Shown here: piece after piece, positions 21,121 to 30,885 of the stretch
How the letters are laid out: each line of letters starts with the position of its first letter
How positions within the stretch are numbered: position 1 is the first letter of the stretch
DNA from: Candidatus Poribacteria bacterium
GTDB lineage: Bacteria; Poribacteria; WGA-4E; PCPOR2b
Direction of reading: 5' to 3'
DNA length: 64,000 nt
Assembly: GCA_965208325.1 (NCBI GenBank)
Contig: OZ242326.1
Coordinates: 3,936,001-4,000,000, forward strand
The notes under the pieces: model-generated
The model's database searches: none
What the model was told of the DNA's origin: nothing
Seen by the model: only the letters and a program-made list of their open reading frames with translations
Translations under genes and position numbers: made by a program

Positions 21121-22176
21121 TCAAAGACATTGAACGTTTACTACAGCGGCTTCGTCAATTGAGATGCGGCGCGAGGCAGAATTGATTCGAACCTGTAATC
21201 CATAAGGGATAACAAACACGGGGTCAGTATGTCCAAAGTCCATATTGGTGACAATTGGCAACTCATCTAACCCATGCTCTACTCTGACCGCGTTGCAAAT
21301 TGCATCGTCGTAGCTTTGAAATAACTCTGGTGAAATCAGTCCGCCGGGTCTCCCGAATAAGATACCGCCCAGCTTTTCAAGAACGCCCATCGCCGCAAGA
21401 GATCGAATGAACTCAGTAATCCGAGACGGTGGCGGCGTTTCTTCGGATGTTTCGAGGAAAAGAACTGCGCCGATAAGCGATTCTAGCGGCGGCCAATACG
21501 GCGAGCCGCGAAGCCAGTCCAAGACTTCAAGGCACCCGCCAAACAATCTCCCTTTGACCTCACCGTAATCTTGGTGAAATTCCCAACCTGTAGATGGGTT
21601 CAGTTTTCGTTTTATAGACTGATTTTCCGGGGCTGACCAGTCCAAATGCTCGACAGTCCATCCCGTCTGGTTCGGTTCGATAAGCCCAATCGGTTGCGCC
21701 GAAAAAATTGACTTGCGGACTGAATCAATGGTATAAGGAAACATCCCCCCGTTTTCGGCGAATCCGGTCATTAACGCGGGGCCGTAGAATGAAACAAGCC
21801 CCGCCTTAAAACAGGCAGCGTGCGAGATAGTTGTGTCTGAATAGCCCATAAATACCTTTGGGTTAGCCCGGATTGCGTCCAAATCCAAGTGTGGAAGGAT
21901 GCGGATAGAATCTTCTCCGCCGATAGTAGAGAAGATTCCGTCAATTAAATCATCGGCGAAGGCAACCATCAAATCGTCTGCGCGCGCTTTTGGATTCTTG
22001 GATAGCCAATCGGGGTGACGCAAGGCGTGCTCGGTTTCGATAACAGTTACGCCAAATTCTTCCTCGAATTGCCGCTTCCCAATCTCATAGCGGTATCGGA
22101 ATGTTCCCGGTCCGCCCCAAGACAGTGAAATTGCGGCAACGCGGCTGCCGCTACGCAGCATTTGGGGCTTAATCAT
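21121..22176 (-). CDS. S66 peptidase (LD-carboxypeptidase/MccF family)
   Basis: GYSDTT Ser, LFLETSEE Glu, DFGHTDP His catalytic triad. Confidence 0.93.
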   Translation of the reverse strand: MIKPQMLRSGSRVAAISLSWGGPGTFRYRYEIGKRQFEEEFGVTVIETEHALRHPDWLSKNPKARADDLMVAFADDLIDGIFSTIGGEDSIRILPHLDLDAIRANPKVFMGYSDTTISHAACFKAGLVSFYGPALMTGFAENGGMFPYTIDSVRKSIFSAQPIGLIEPNQTGWTVEHLDWSAPENQSIKRKLNPSTGWEFHQDYGEVKGRLFGGCLEVLDWLRGSPYWPPLESLIGAVLFLETSEETPPPSRITEFIRSLAAMGVLEKLGGILFGRPGGLISPELFQSYDDAICNAVRVEHGLDELPIVTNMDFGHTDPVFVIPYGLQVRINSASRRISIDEAAVVNVQCL

Positions 22177-22251
22177 ATCTATCTCTATGTTACCTACACT
22201 TAAATCTTATCGACCTAGTTTGATGTTCCAAAATTATTATGGGTTATCGAG

Positions 22252-23346
22252 TTAGCCAACTTCACTCGGATTCAGTCGCACGGTTCCGGAGCCGCTATCC
22301 AAGTCTAAATCCCCCACGCGGCTTAAACTTTTTGGCTTTCCAAATTGTGTCAGAATGTACAGGAGAATTCCATCCAAGATGAGAACAAAGTAGAAAGTCA
22401 GGAATCGCCAGCCAGCGATGACGATACCGAGAACCTCCTTCGGCAGAACAGATTGAAACAGAAGGTAAAACAGGGTTTCACTGCTACCAATGGCGCCGGG
22501 AGTAGGAACAAACATTGCCAACACGTCAACTAGCCATTGGAGCGCGAAGAAGCGCACAGGTTCAACTGAAAGACCTAAACTCGCCACTAATGCAGCGGCT
22601 ACTGAATACCGGCACGTCCACTGAATTCCCGAAATGCACAAGCACAGCATGAAACGTGATTTGCCCCGCCGACCTATCATTGCATAGACATTTTTAAAAT
22701 CTGACCAGAATTCCAACAACCGCATTCTGAAGCGCTGAAACCCCGGAATTTTACGCAGAAGTTGGCCTTGAACAAGAATGATACCCGTTGCGCCGACCAA
22801 TATGGCGGTGAGAATGACCCACGTCCAATTCAGTGCATGGAGTGGGTTGTGCAGCGCATCAAAAATAGGCATGTCGCTCCACGCTGATGAAATGCCGACG
22901 GCGATCGGGACGCTGATGAGAAAGAAGACTACATCCTCAAATGTCGAAAGTGTCGTCAAGCACGCCGCGGCGCCTGGGCTCAACCTATTCTGGACCAGCA
23001 TTGCAACTTTGAGCGGACCTCCGCCAATGGCTGTGGGCGTAACCGAAGCTACTAATTCTGTGCTGATTGCGACTTTAAAGAATTCGATGGCGCGAATGCG
23101 GTAACCTAGGAATCGCGTCCAGACGGCGCATCGAAGGGTGTGACCAGCCCAAGGGACCAGACTCAACATCGCAGCGAGGATGAGATAGCGAGGGTCAAAA
23201 CGCACCAAGTTTTGGAGTGAGGCTCGGTCAATCGTCCATAGCGAGAATAGAAGATTTCCCGTAACGCCAGTGGCGGCGAGAAGGAAAATCCACCGGAAAA
23301 CCTTGTCAATATTGGGTTGAGGTCGTTGGGGAATCTGTTTTTGCAT
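22252..23346 (-). CDS. lysylphosphatidylglycerol synthase TM domain / flippase-like protein
   Basis: Polytopic membrane protein; TPTAIGG, PTPGAIGSSE, WRFLTFY. Confidence 0.85.
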   Translation of the reverse strand: MQKQIPQRPQPNIDKVFRWIFLLAATGVTGNLLFSLWTIDRASLQNLVRFDPRYLILAAMLSLVPWAGHTLRCAVWTRFLGYRIRAIEFFKVAISTELVASVTPTAIGGGPLKVAMLVQNRLSPGAAACLTTLSTFEDVVFFLISVPIAVGISSAWSDMPIFDALHNPLHALNWTWVILTAILVGATGIILVQGQLLRKIPGFQRFRMRLLEFWSDFKNVYAMIGRRGKSRFMLCLCISGIQWTCRYSVAAALVASLGLSVEPVRFFALQWLVDVLAMFVPTPGAIGSSETLFYLLFQSVLPKEVLGIVIAGWRFLTFYFVLILDGILLYILTQFGKPKSLSRVGDLDLDSGSGTVRLNPSEVG

Positions 23347-23568
23347 TGATCGAGTTCGCATCCTCAAATACAACACGTAGAATTTATGCGCTTAAAAAAT
23401 TAGTTTTGTACACTGCTGCGGCGCTACCAAACCTAACGATTAAAAATTGTTGCCGGATTCATCAAGCGACAACCGTTGTGTTGGCCGGCGATTCGTTGTC
23501 GAATGGCAAGGTTTTGAAGGTTCAACAGCGTAAATCCCAATACAAACTGGCGTGCCCGCCGCCGTAAG

Positions 23569-24759
23569 GTGACACTACCCCGCTTCTTGACGTACATCGT
23601 GACCTGTTCGTGCAAGGCACGCTCCATTATGTGCGACTCGTGGCGCAAACCCTCTCCCAACGATCTAAGCTTTGAAACAGTTGCAATCATATTCAACAAA
23701 CTTCCAGGCATGGATGCCGTGCGGCTGACTGGCGGGGCACCGTTTGTTCGACGAGATTTATTAGACATCTTTCCAAAACAATTCCACCGCCCGATAGCCC
23801 CAGCGGGGCGGCAGGTGTAAAACGACTACCCTCACGTTGGGCTAATACGCTGTAGGGGCAACCCTTGTGGTTGCCCGTAACGCTTTGGTTTTGTCAACCA
23901 CATTGAGTTAATTAGGAAAGATGTCTATTGGACAATGCACATCTAGAGCAGGATAGACTTCGTCCATTGGGACGCCACAAACGGGATTCTTACTAATCCA
24001 ATTGTTAAATTCTGCGAAGGTCGCCGACAGGATGTGCCATTGAGTTTGCTCGTTTCGGTGGACTGAATGGGAGAGAAGCATAACACAGTGTGAGGCCATG
24101 ACAAGGGGTGGGATTTCATCGTGGAGACACTCAAGGCCCTTGAGCAACGCCAGCATATACTGCGCCTTAGTCTGTCAGTGAACCATACGATTGTTGATGC
24201 GGAGGGGGTCGAACACTATAAACGGCTGTGCGATTTTCTCAAGCCGTTGGGGATACAGAATAATGTCGTGACGGCATATGACCTCGGCGCGGCTTATTAC
24301 CTGAAAGACGAGATGGACGCTGCGCCGAGACAAGTTGGTCAGTTCACAACCTTCAGCGAATTCCCCGTAGCCCATCTCCATTCTTTATTCGGCGAAATTG
24401 GAAAAGATTTTGCGAATTATCCACTGCTTGATAGGCTTGCCAAACGGTACTTTCCGCTCGGCATCCGCAATCGGTTGCTCCAAGGTGAGGGCGCTCCCAA
24501 TCCCAATTGTGCCGCGCTGAATTCGCAGCTTCGGTTGCTTCCTGACGGGCGCGTGCCGACCTGTCAGTTCAATACAATCAGCGTCGGCAATCTACGGGAG
24601 AGCGATTTCGCCGACCCGTGGCCGAGCGCCAGAATTCAGAAACGACGCGGCTGGGTAGGCAAATGCCCGGAGTGTTGGGCGGAGTGCGAAGTTCTGCCAA
24701 ACGCAATTTACACCGGAGATTTGTTTCAGAATAGCCTCTTCCCGAAAAAGTCGCCTTGA
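23569..24759 (+). pseudogene. radical SAM/SPASM protein pseudogene
   Basis: Degenerate CKARSIMC motif, LTGGAPF; insertion near 23770-23930; in-frame TGA at 24064 and 24091; C-terminal SPASM-like cysteines. Confidence 0.8.
23796..23876 (+). repeat. REP-like palindromes inserted in the radical SAM gene
   Basis: GCCCC-AGC-GGGGC hairpin, and GTAG followed by GGGCAACC-N5-GGTTGCCC. Confidence 0.65.
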
Positions 24760-24851
24760 AAGCGTAAATACCTCATTGCCTTTGGCGTCAACTTGTCCAT
24801 AATCATGGAATAATTGATTTTCGTAACCGGAGTTGGCGTGTCCGTTTTTCA

Positions 24852-25505
24852 CTATTTTAACCCTTCTCTTTTCCACTCTATCTTACTGCTGCACTTTGCG
24901 CACTGTCCGGTTCTCGAACGTCGACTCAGGCGTTGCCGCTTCCATTTTCGGCCGCACTCACACGTTCCGCGCCATAGCGGCGGAGTATGATCGACTTGGT
25001 GGCACCGCTTGGCTGTACATCCAATCCGCCGTGCCGCTGTTTTCCATGTATCATCGTGTCCGTGATTCGGTCCAACAATGGCGTGTGCGATTTCATGTAG
25101 AATCGTATCAACAATGTCTTCTTTTGGTGCTTTCAGGCAGAACGTGACAGAGAGCGTTATCTGCTTTGTCGCGTACCGGCATATACCGCCGCGCACAGGC
25201 GCGAGGTCAAATGCGAACTGCCATCCTGTTTTTAGACCGCTTTTGGCTTCATGTTCTTGGATAAGGCGCACACCCAACATTTCAATTTCGTTGAGCGTCA
25301 TTGCGGAATTGTTTTTAGGTTCTCTGACCGTCAGAGCGTTATATGGCACGTTCCAAAGAGTTTCGCCCTGTGTTGCCACCAGTGCGTGGCGGCGTAACAG
25401 TTTTTGTACGGTGCCTTGCAGAGTGTGAGTCTTATTCGTAAATGACACGTTTGTCCCCGGCGGAAATTTCGCTCCCGCAAAGTCGGCGGTCACTATGCTC
25501 GTCAA
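24852..25505 (-). CDS. SprT-like zinc metalloprotease
   Basis: ILHEIAHA, HGHDDTW, C-terminal CECG..CAKC. Confidence 0.88.
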   Translation of the reverse strand: MTSIVTADFAGAKFPPGTNVSFTNKTHTLQGTVQKLLRRHALVATQGETLWNVPYNALTVREPKNNSAMTLNEIEMLGVRLIQEHEAKSGLKTGWQFAFDLAPVRGGICRYATKQITLSVTFCLKAPKEDIVDTILHEIAHAIVGPNHGHDDTWKTAARRIGCTAKRCHQVDHTPPLWRGTCECGRKWKRQRLSRRSRTGQCAKCSSKIEWKREGLK

Positions 25506-25524
25506 TTCTCTGCTCCTTGTCGTG

Positions 25525-28371
25525 CTATTTCACGATAACCAGCCTCCGAGGCGGTGTTGGTTCCCGGGTGATTAGCCGGTAGAAATAAACGCCTGAAGCC
25601 AACCGTTCGCCAAAATCGTTGCGGCCGTCCCAATAGGCAGCGCGTGACCGTCCAATGTAATATCCCGCGGCCTTAAAGCCAAGGTCAAGATGCCGAACAA
25701 TATTTCCCGTTGGGCTATAGATATGGATGGCGGCGTCGGTGCCATTCGCTAACTGGTACGGCATCCACGTTTCCGGATTGAACGGGTTCGGGTAATTGGC
25801 GAGCAGCGCGGTATGCCTCGGCATGATATCGTCTGGTGTCAGTTGTAATTCTGCGAACGCCCGACCGGTGTCCGTCGCGTAAATTTCGTGCCGAAGCGTG
25901 CGAATTAGTTCGCCATTTGTGTCAAATACTTCGACCGTCAGCCTATCGCCGACTGCAGCAACAGTTCGGCGGCTCATGTCTGCCCAGACGGCGTGTGGTT
26001 GGTTCACGTCAACCAATCGGGTGAGTCCGGTACGTTCGTTATGAACAGCGAGTGTAAAAACTTCGACCCCTTCGAACCGGGCGCGAAAAACAAACGCCCA
26101 CACGCCGGCAGTCTGAGCCGGTGTCGGAGCGGATGCGGCTGCCGCCGGAGAGTTTTCCCAGGCGCGTCCGGTGAAGCTAACAATCTTCGATTGGTTAACA
26201 TTGACAATGTAACCTCTCCCGCCTTCAATGGGGAAACCGACGCCGGAGGAATTTGTGGTGAATCCGATGAACCCGCTAACAGATGGATTATACTCAATAA
26301 CGATTGTCGCGTCGAGTTTTTCAATGAAGGAACGCGCGGTGTAAGGTTTATCGGGCATCAAGGGTAAACTAATCATGTTCAAACCCGCACTGAGGTGTAT
26401 GTCGAATGTGGTTGCGGCTTGAGGTGTTAAAATCAGGCTGTCCGTCCGAAAGGCGAGATTCTGAATGCGTTCATCACTTTCAGGACCAACATCGGCAATT
26501 GAAAACGGTGTTTCCGAGTAGTTCGTCGCAAGGTATTCTGCGAGCGCATCCTGCTCCGTACCGGGCGCGGCAAAGGACGCTTGTCCACCTGATTGTTCAT
26601 CCGTCAACACTGTGGGAAGGTCTACACGATTCGATTTTGGAAAATTCGGAAAGGGATAGTCGTCGCCGCCACTCGCAAGGAAATTAAGTGTGACAATGTG
26701 GAATGTTCGTTCTGTATCGCCGACCAACTCACCATTTTGTGCAACGATGTCTGTGGGGTTCCCATTGGCACTTGTGAGCACGAGCGACCTGACTCTTGAA
26801 CCCAACGGCTGCGAGATGTCGAAACTGAAGGCGAGTCCAGCGACTTGGGCGAATTGCCCGGGCGTCGAACCCGGCTGGGACCGAGCGACAGCGTGTTCGA
26901 TAACCGTTAGCAGTTGTGCTGCCGTGAGTGTTAATAGACTCAATTCGTTGTTGAAGCGGAGTGTATTTTCTATGTCAATCTGCGAAATCTGACCGGCTGC
27001 TTTCCCGACCAACGGGTTCCCGGGCGGCGGCAGTGTAACGCCGCCTACGGAGACGCCGATAGGCGCTCGGATGCCCCCGCCGTTTTTCAGTGAAGCAACC
27101 ACCGTGGGGTCAACCTGCCGTGCCGCGTACAGGTTGGCGTCGGCGCTTAAGTTGCCGAGATTCGTTTCTTCAGTGCGTACAGAAGCGCGGTTCCCATTCA
27201 GATAAACGCTCGTGTGTCCAAAAATGTTGCCATCCTTTTCGACAACCACGTTTCGAACCGCTTCGATAATTTCCACGACCTGCGGGGTTGGTGCGGCGTT
27301 GCCGGTATCCACGACACCACGTTGGTCCGCCGCGTAGGCGCCGCTTACCTCAGCGTCAATTGAACTCGGCAACAGTAGACCCGCCTCGTCAAAACCGACA
27401 ACTAACCGACCGACGTACCTATAATTGCCGTCTGTGCCGACAATTGCGACCGGTTGATTTGCTGCGGAACTGGTCAGAATCGGATAGGCGCCGCCGTGGA
27501 CATCGCCGTCTCGCAGTCGATCTGTATCATCTGCCAGAAGAGTGTTAGAACCGCCGGTGATGATGATGTCAACATCGTGCAACCGGCCTGCCATCATCTC
27601 ATCAAGGCGAATTTGCTGCAGATGGCTAGCGATTATGACCTTGTTTACTCCGGTTGCCGTCAACTCATCAACAGATTCTTGGACGATTGCCGCCAATGCC
27701 GCAATGTTATCCGGATCTTCGGGTGAAATCCCGACGTTTCCCGGTGAAGAAATGCTGGCGACCCGTGGCGTAGTGACACCTACAACGCCAATCTTTTCGC
27801 CCGATTGCGTCGTAATTACTGCACTCTTACTGATACTGTTCGGAATAGTGCTTGCCTCCTGGCCGGCATCAACAACAAGATCGGCAAGGTTGCTATCAAG
27901 ACTGAAATCCAAGTTTGCGCTCAGAATCGGGAATGCAGTGCCGACGTATCCTCTGCCATCGTTCCGAATCAACCCTGCCAGTGTTCCCGTGCCCGCGTCA
28001 AATTCGTGATTGCCGAGTGCGGACGCCATAAAGCCCATGGCATTGAGAATCAGAATATCCGCGCGTCCTGATCCTTCACGCCCCAAAACACTGCGAAGGC
28101 TTCGATCGTTACCTGCTGCGAAAAACGGTCCAGGGATGTAGCTATCGCCGGCTCCAATAATAACAGTATTTTCAAACTCGGCGCTGAGTGCGTTGAGCAC
28201 TGATGAAAACCGAGGGGCATTGTCGAGCGCTTCAATACCGCCTTCCATGTCTGCCGCGTGAAGCAGTTGAAGTGTGAAGTTTTGAGAGAAGGCAGGCCTG
28301 AAGATGCCTAAAATTAAGACAATAAGAACAATGAAAACAGAACTTGAAAAGAGGCGTCTCTTGCTATACAT
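25525..28371 (-). CDS. secreted 5'-nucleotidase/metallophosphoesterase with C-terminal FlgD/T9SS-like domain
   Basis: Signal peptide, LLHAADME, GD, LGNHEFD, NGGGIR; C-terminal YPNPFNPETW..YWDGRN..SGVYFYRL. Confidence 0.9.
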   Translation of the reverse strand: MYSKRRLFSSSVFIVLIVLILGIFRPAFSQNFTLQLLHAADMEGGIEALDNAPRFSSVLNALSAEFENTVIIGAGDSYIPGPFFAAGNDRSLRSVLGREGSGRADILILNAMGFMASALGNHEFDAGTGTLAGLIRNDGRGYVGTAFPILSANLDFSLDSNLADLVVDAGQEASTIPNSISKSAVITTQSGEKIGVVGVTTPRVASISSPGNVGISPEDPDNIAALAAIVQESVDELTATGVNKVIIASHLQQIRLDEMMAGRLHDVDIIITGGSNTLLADDTDRLRDGDVHGGAYPILTSSAANQPVAIVGTDGNYRYVGRLVVGFDEAGLLLPSSIDAEVSGAYAADQRGVVDTGNAAPTPQVVEIIEAVRNVVVEKDGNIFGHTSVYLNGNRASVRTEETNLGNLSADANLYAARQVDPTVVASLKNGGGIRAPIGVSVGGVTLPPPGNPLVGKAAGQISQIDIENTLRFNNELSLLTLTAAQLLTVIEHAVARSQPGSTPGQFAQVAGLAFSFDISQPLGSRVRSLVLTSANGNPTDIVAQNGELVGDTERTFHIVTLNFLASGGDDYPFPNFPKSNRVDLPTVLTDEQSGGQASFAAPGTEQDALAEYLATNYSETPFSIADVGPESDERIQNLAFRTDSLILTPQAATTFDIHLSAGLNMISLPLMPDKPYTARSFIEKLDATIVIEYNPSVSGFIGFTTNSSGVGFPIEGGRGYIVNVNQSKIVSFTGRAWENSPAAAASAPTPAQTAGVWAFVFRARFEGVEVFTLAVHNERTGLTRLVDVNQPHAVWADMSRRTVAAVGDRLTVEVFDTNGELIRTLRHEIYATDTGRAFAELQLTPDDIMPRHTALLANYPNPFNPETWMPYQLANGTDAAIHIYSPTGNIVRHLDLGFKAAGYYIGRSRAAYWDGRNDFGERLASGVYFYRLITREPTPPRRLVIVK

Positions 28372-28500
28372 TAAAGATTCTTCCTTTAGTCATGTTGGAT
28401 TAATTGTAACCTAATACTTCGCGTGGATAAAGGAGGACTTCACAAGCAGGTCCTTTCTCGTTCACGCTTACATCTTTGACCGAAATGGCTTCAACTGAAT

Positions 28501-28857
28501 TTACCCTCGTTGGTCGGTGTGCTTCACCCACGCCAGGGCATCCATGTGACCGCTGTCAACCGTTTCGAGCGGTTGCGGTACGACCCGCCGATTGCGATGC
28601 CACATCAAGCAGAGCCGCGACGCTATTCTGTAGAGCCAGCCGGGGAAATACCGCCAATCCTTGAGCGTGTGAAGTTTTTGGTAGGCTCGGAGAAAGGTGT
28701 CCTGCGTAATGTCTTCGGCGGTGTGGAAATTCCCGGTTTTACGGTAAGCGAGTGCGTGGACTGCGCCTTTGTATTTGTCGACCAGGAACCCGAACGCGGT
28801 ATCATCGCCATCCAAAGTGCGTTGGATGAGTTCGGCATCGCTGTTTGCCATTTTCAT
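28501..28857 (-). pseudogene. truncated ECF sigma factor (region 2 only)
   Basis: LVDKYK..AEDITQDTFLRAY..WLY matches the sigma domain ending at 58280; ends before region 4. Confidence 0.75.
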
Positions 28858-29069
28858 CGCTCCCGATGTTGTGCGGCTTTAGGTGGCAAAGACTCCAGCG
28901 TCATTGCCTTCTATCATATAATGATGCACATGGCGGGCAAGAGATCAGATTCGGACGGAATTATTTTTCTGGAATAAGCGGGGGGCGAAATTGTAACGTC
29001 GTTAGCTAGATTAGGGACTGTACGCAATGTATTGATTGTCAGGATATTCGCCTCAAATCAATGGAAAGT

Positions 29070-29780
29070 TCAATAGAGTCGAAACTCGACAGATGCGGCA
29101 ATGTTATCGTAGACCGGCACCAGTTCTTCATATCGACCGCCAGGGCACCAAAAGCTGATTTGGTAAACGTCAGATTCGCTGCTAACATTTCTGAAGAATG
29201 CCGTCCGCTTGATTCGACTGCCATCGACGAGTCTCATCTCAAAATAGTGTGCAGGTCTGCCGTCTTTAGAGAAGTGGCTTCCTTGCTGAGTCACTTCGAA
29301 ACTGTCCGGGGGCAAAACAAGCTCCAGCAGTTCTATCATGGTTTCAATGTACTTTCTCGGGGAGCTTATTTCTGAGATTTTTTGCTTTTCAATGAAAATG
29401 TAGATAAAAGGAATTTGTTTTTCAACTGCTTCTAAAATGGTACTCGCAAATTCCTGTCCTGTAGTTAACTGCAATAGCAGGAAGGAGTCGACTGCGTTAA
29501 ATTGGACTTGTCCACCAGCCGCCGCGATCCAAGCCACTTTCCAAATCTTATCAATCTCCCGCCTCGCTACATTGGATATTTCCAAGACAGTCCAATCATC
29601 AACAGGTAGGTTGGTCACTCTGAATACGTACCGTTGATGCTGATACGTATCACCGTGAAGCCCGTAGACCACGGCGGGCGGCTCTTTTTTAACTGGCGAA
29701 GGCGCAACTTCTTCGTCACGGCCGCACGCGGCAAAAAAGACAGTAGTTAGCAGACTCAACAGCTTCAAAAGCTTGTACAT
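29070..29780 (-). CDS. lipoprotein, possibly PsbP/DcrB-like fold
   Basis: Lipobox FAAC after hydrophobic leader; C-terminal VYQISF..YDNIAASVEF pattern. Confidence 0.65.
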   Translation of the reverse strand: MYKLLKLLSLLTTVFFAACGRDEEVAPSPVKKEPPAVVYGLHGDTYQHQRYVFRVTNLPVDDWTVLEISNVARREIDKIWKVAWIAAAGGQVQFNAVDSFLLLQLTTGQEFASTILEAVEKQIPFIYIFIEKQKISEISSPRKYIETMIELLELVLPPDSFEVTQQGSHFSKDGRPAHYFEMRLVDGSRIKRTAFFRNVSSESDVYQISFWCPGGRYEELVPVYDNIAASVEFRLY

Positions 29781-29912
29781 TTTCGATTCCTCCCGCGTCG
29801 AGCAAAAAAGCTTTTGCGATCATGAGCATTCTAAGCCCATTTCAAATCTGGGTCAACAGAAAACTAGCGCTGGCAAAGACTTGTGTCCCTTCTTTACAAA
29901 TAACATCCAGCT

Positions 29913-30800
29913 ATGCTATTATTGCAAAATAAAAATATGGCGATGACTTTTCAGCACATGGACGGGAAAATGTTACACCTCAACGATACATTACAAAAAA
30001 GCGATGGTGAAGCGGCCGCAGGGATATCGCTTCGACCGATGGGGTTCGCGGACATTCTGGATACAACGTTTAGCCTCTATCGGAACCGATTTCGACTGTT
30101 TTTATGCATATCTGCCGTGTATTTTTTTTCGCATATTGTCCTTTCTACTTTCACACATTGGATAATATCTTTCTGTGAACTGGTTCTACCGTTTTTGTGT
30201 TACGCTGCGCTTACGTTCGCTAGTGCGCAGGCATACCTGGGTAAACACATTACTGCCCGGGTTGCATTCAATCAAGTCAAATACCGGTTTTGGCGCTTCA
30301 TCGGCAGCAGTTTACTCTATTGGATCGTTGTTGTGTTTTTGAGTGTGTCCATCATCGGCATTCCGTTTGCCATTTACTTTTTGACGCGGTGGAGTTTTTA
30401 CATTCAAGCAGCTATGGTTGAAAAGCCCTCGGCGACGAACACGTTGAAGCGCAGCAGTGAACTGGTCAAAGGCGCATGGTGGCGTGTGTTTGGTATTATA
30501 CTCGCAATTTGGCTGATTTATTTCATGATTGACGTGATACTTATTACCTCTGCAACACTTATCTTCGCCTCGTCAGGGATTGCTAGCGAGGTTGACCTAT
30601 GGGAGATAATTCGACAGATGTTGTGGGAGCCCCATGTCCAACTTGAGGGAATCTTGCATTTATTGCATGCGATTCAAACCGCAATTAGCGCGCTTACGAT
30701 GCCGATTACGGCAATCGGTTTCACGCTGCTCTACTTTGACCTACGAATTCGGAAGGAAGGATTCGATATTGAGATAATGTTGGCAAGAGAGGAGATGTGA
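29913..30800 (+). CDS. membrane protein (GDPD membrane-domain-like), paralog 1
   Basis: LRPMGFADILD, RSSELVKGAWWRVFG, YFDLRIRKEGFDIE; start uncertain. Confidence 0.8.
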   Translation: MLLLQNKNMAMTFQHMDGKMLHLNDTLQKSDGEAAAGISLRPMGFADILDTTFSLYRNRFRLFLCISAVYFFSHIVLSTFTHWIISFCELVLPFLCYAALTFASAQAYLGKHITARVAFNQVKYRFWRFIGSSLLYWIVVVFLSVSIIGIPFAIYFLTRWSFYIQAAMVEKPSATNTLKRSSELVKGAWWRVFGIILAIWLIYFMIDVILITSATLIFASSGIASEVDLWEIIRQMLWEPHVQLEGILHLLHAIQTAISALTMPITAIGFTLLYFDLRIRKEGFDIEIMLAREEM

Positions 30801-30885
30801 CACAATGACTCTTTTGGATTGACTCGCAGTGGCGCAATGCGATAGAATTACCGCCTTATAAACCTTACTGCTGCACGGAGGAAAA

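Noticed and set aside
21121..22176. MccF-like gene as part of a microcin cluster
   Set aside because: No precursor peptide, adenylyltransferase or exporter nearby; stand-alone S66 peptidases are common.
24064..24093. In-frame TGA codons suggesting selenocysteine or an alternative genetic code
   Set aside because: The same gene has an insertion and a lost catalytic Cys, and intact genes such as rpoC and rpoB end with TGA; pseudogenisation is simpler.
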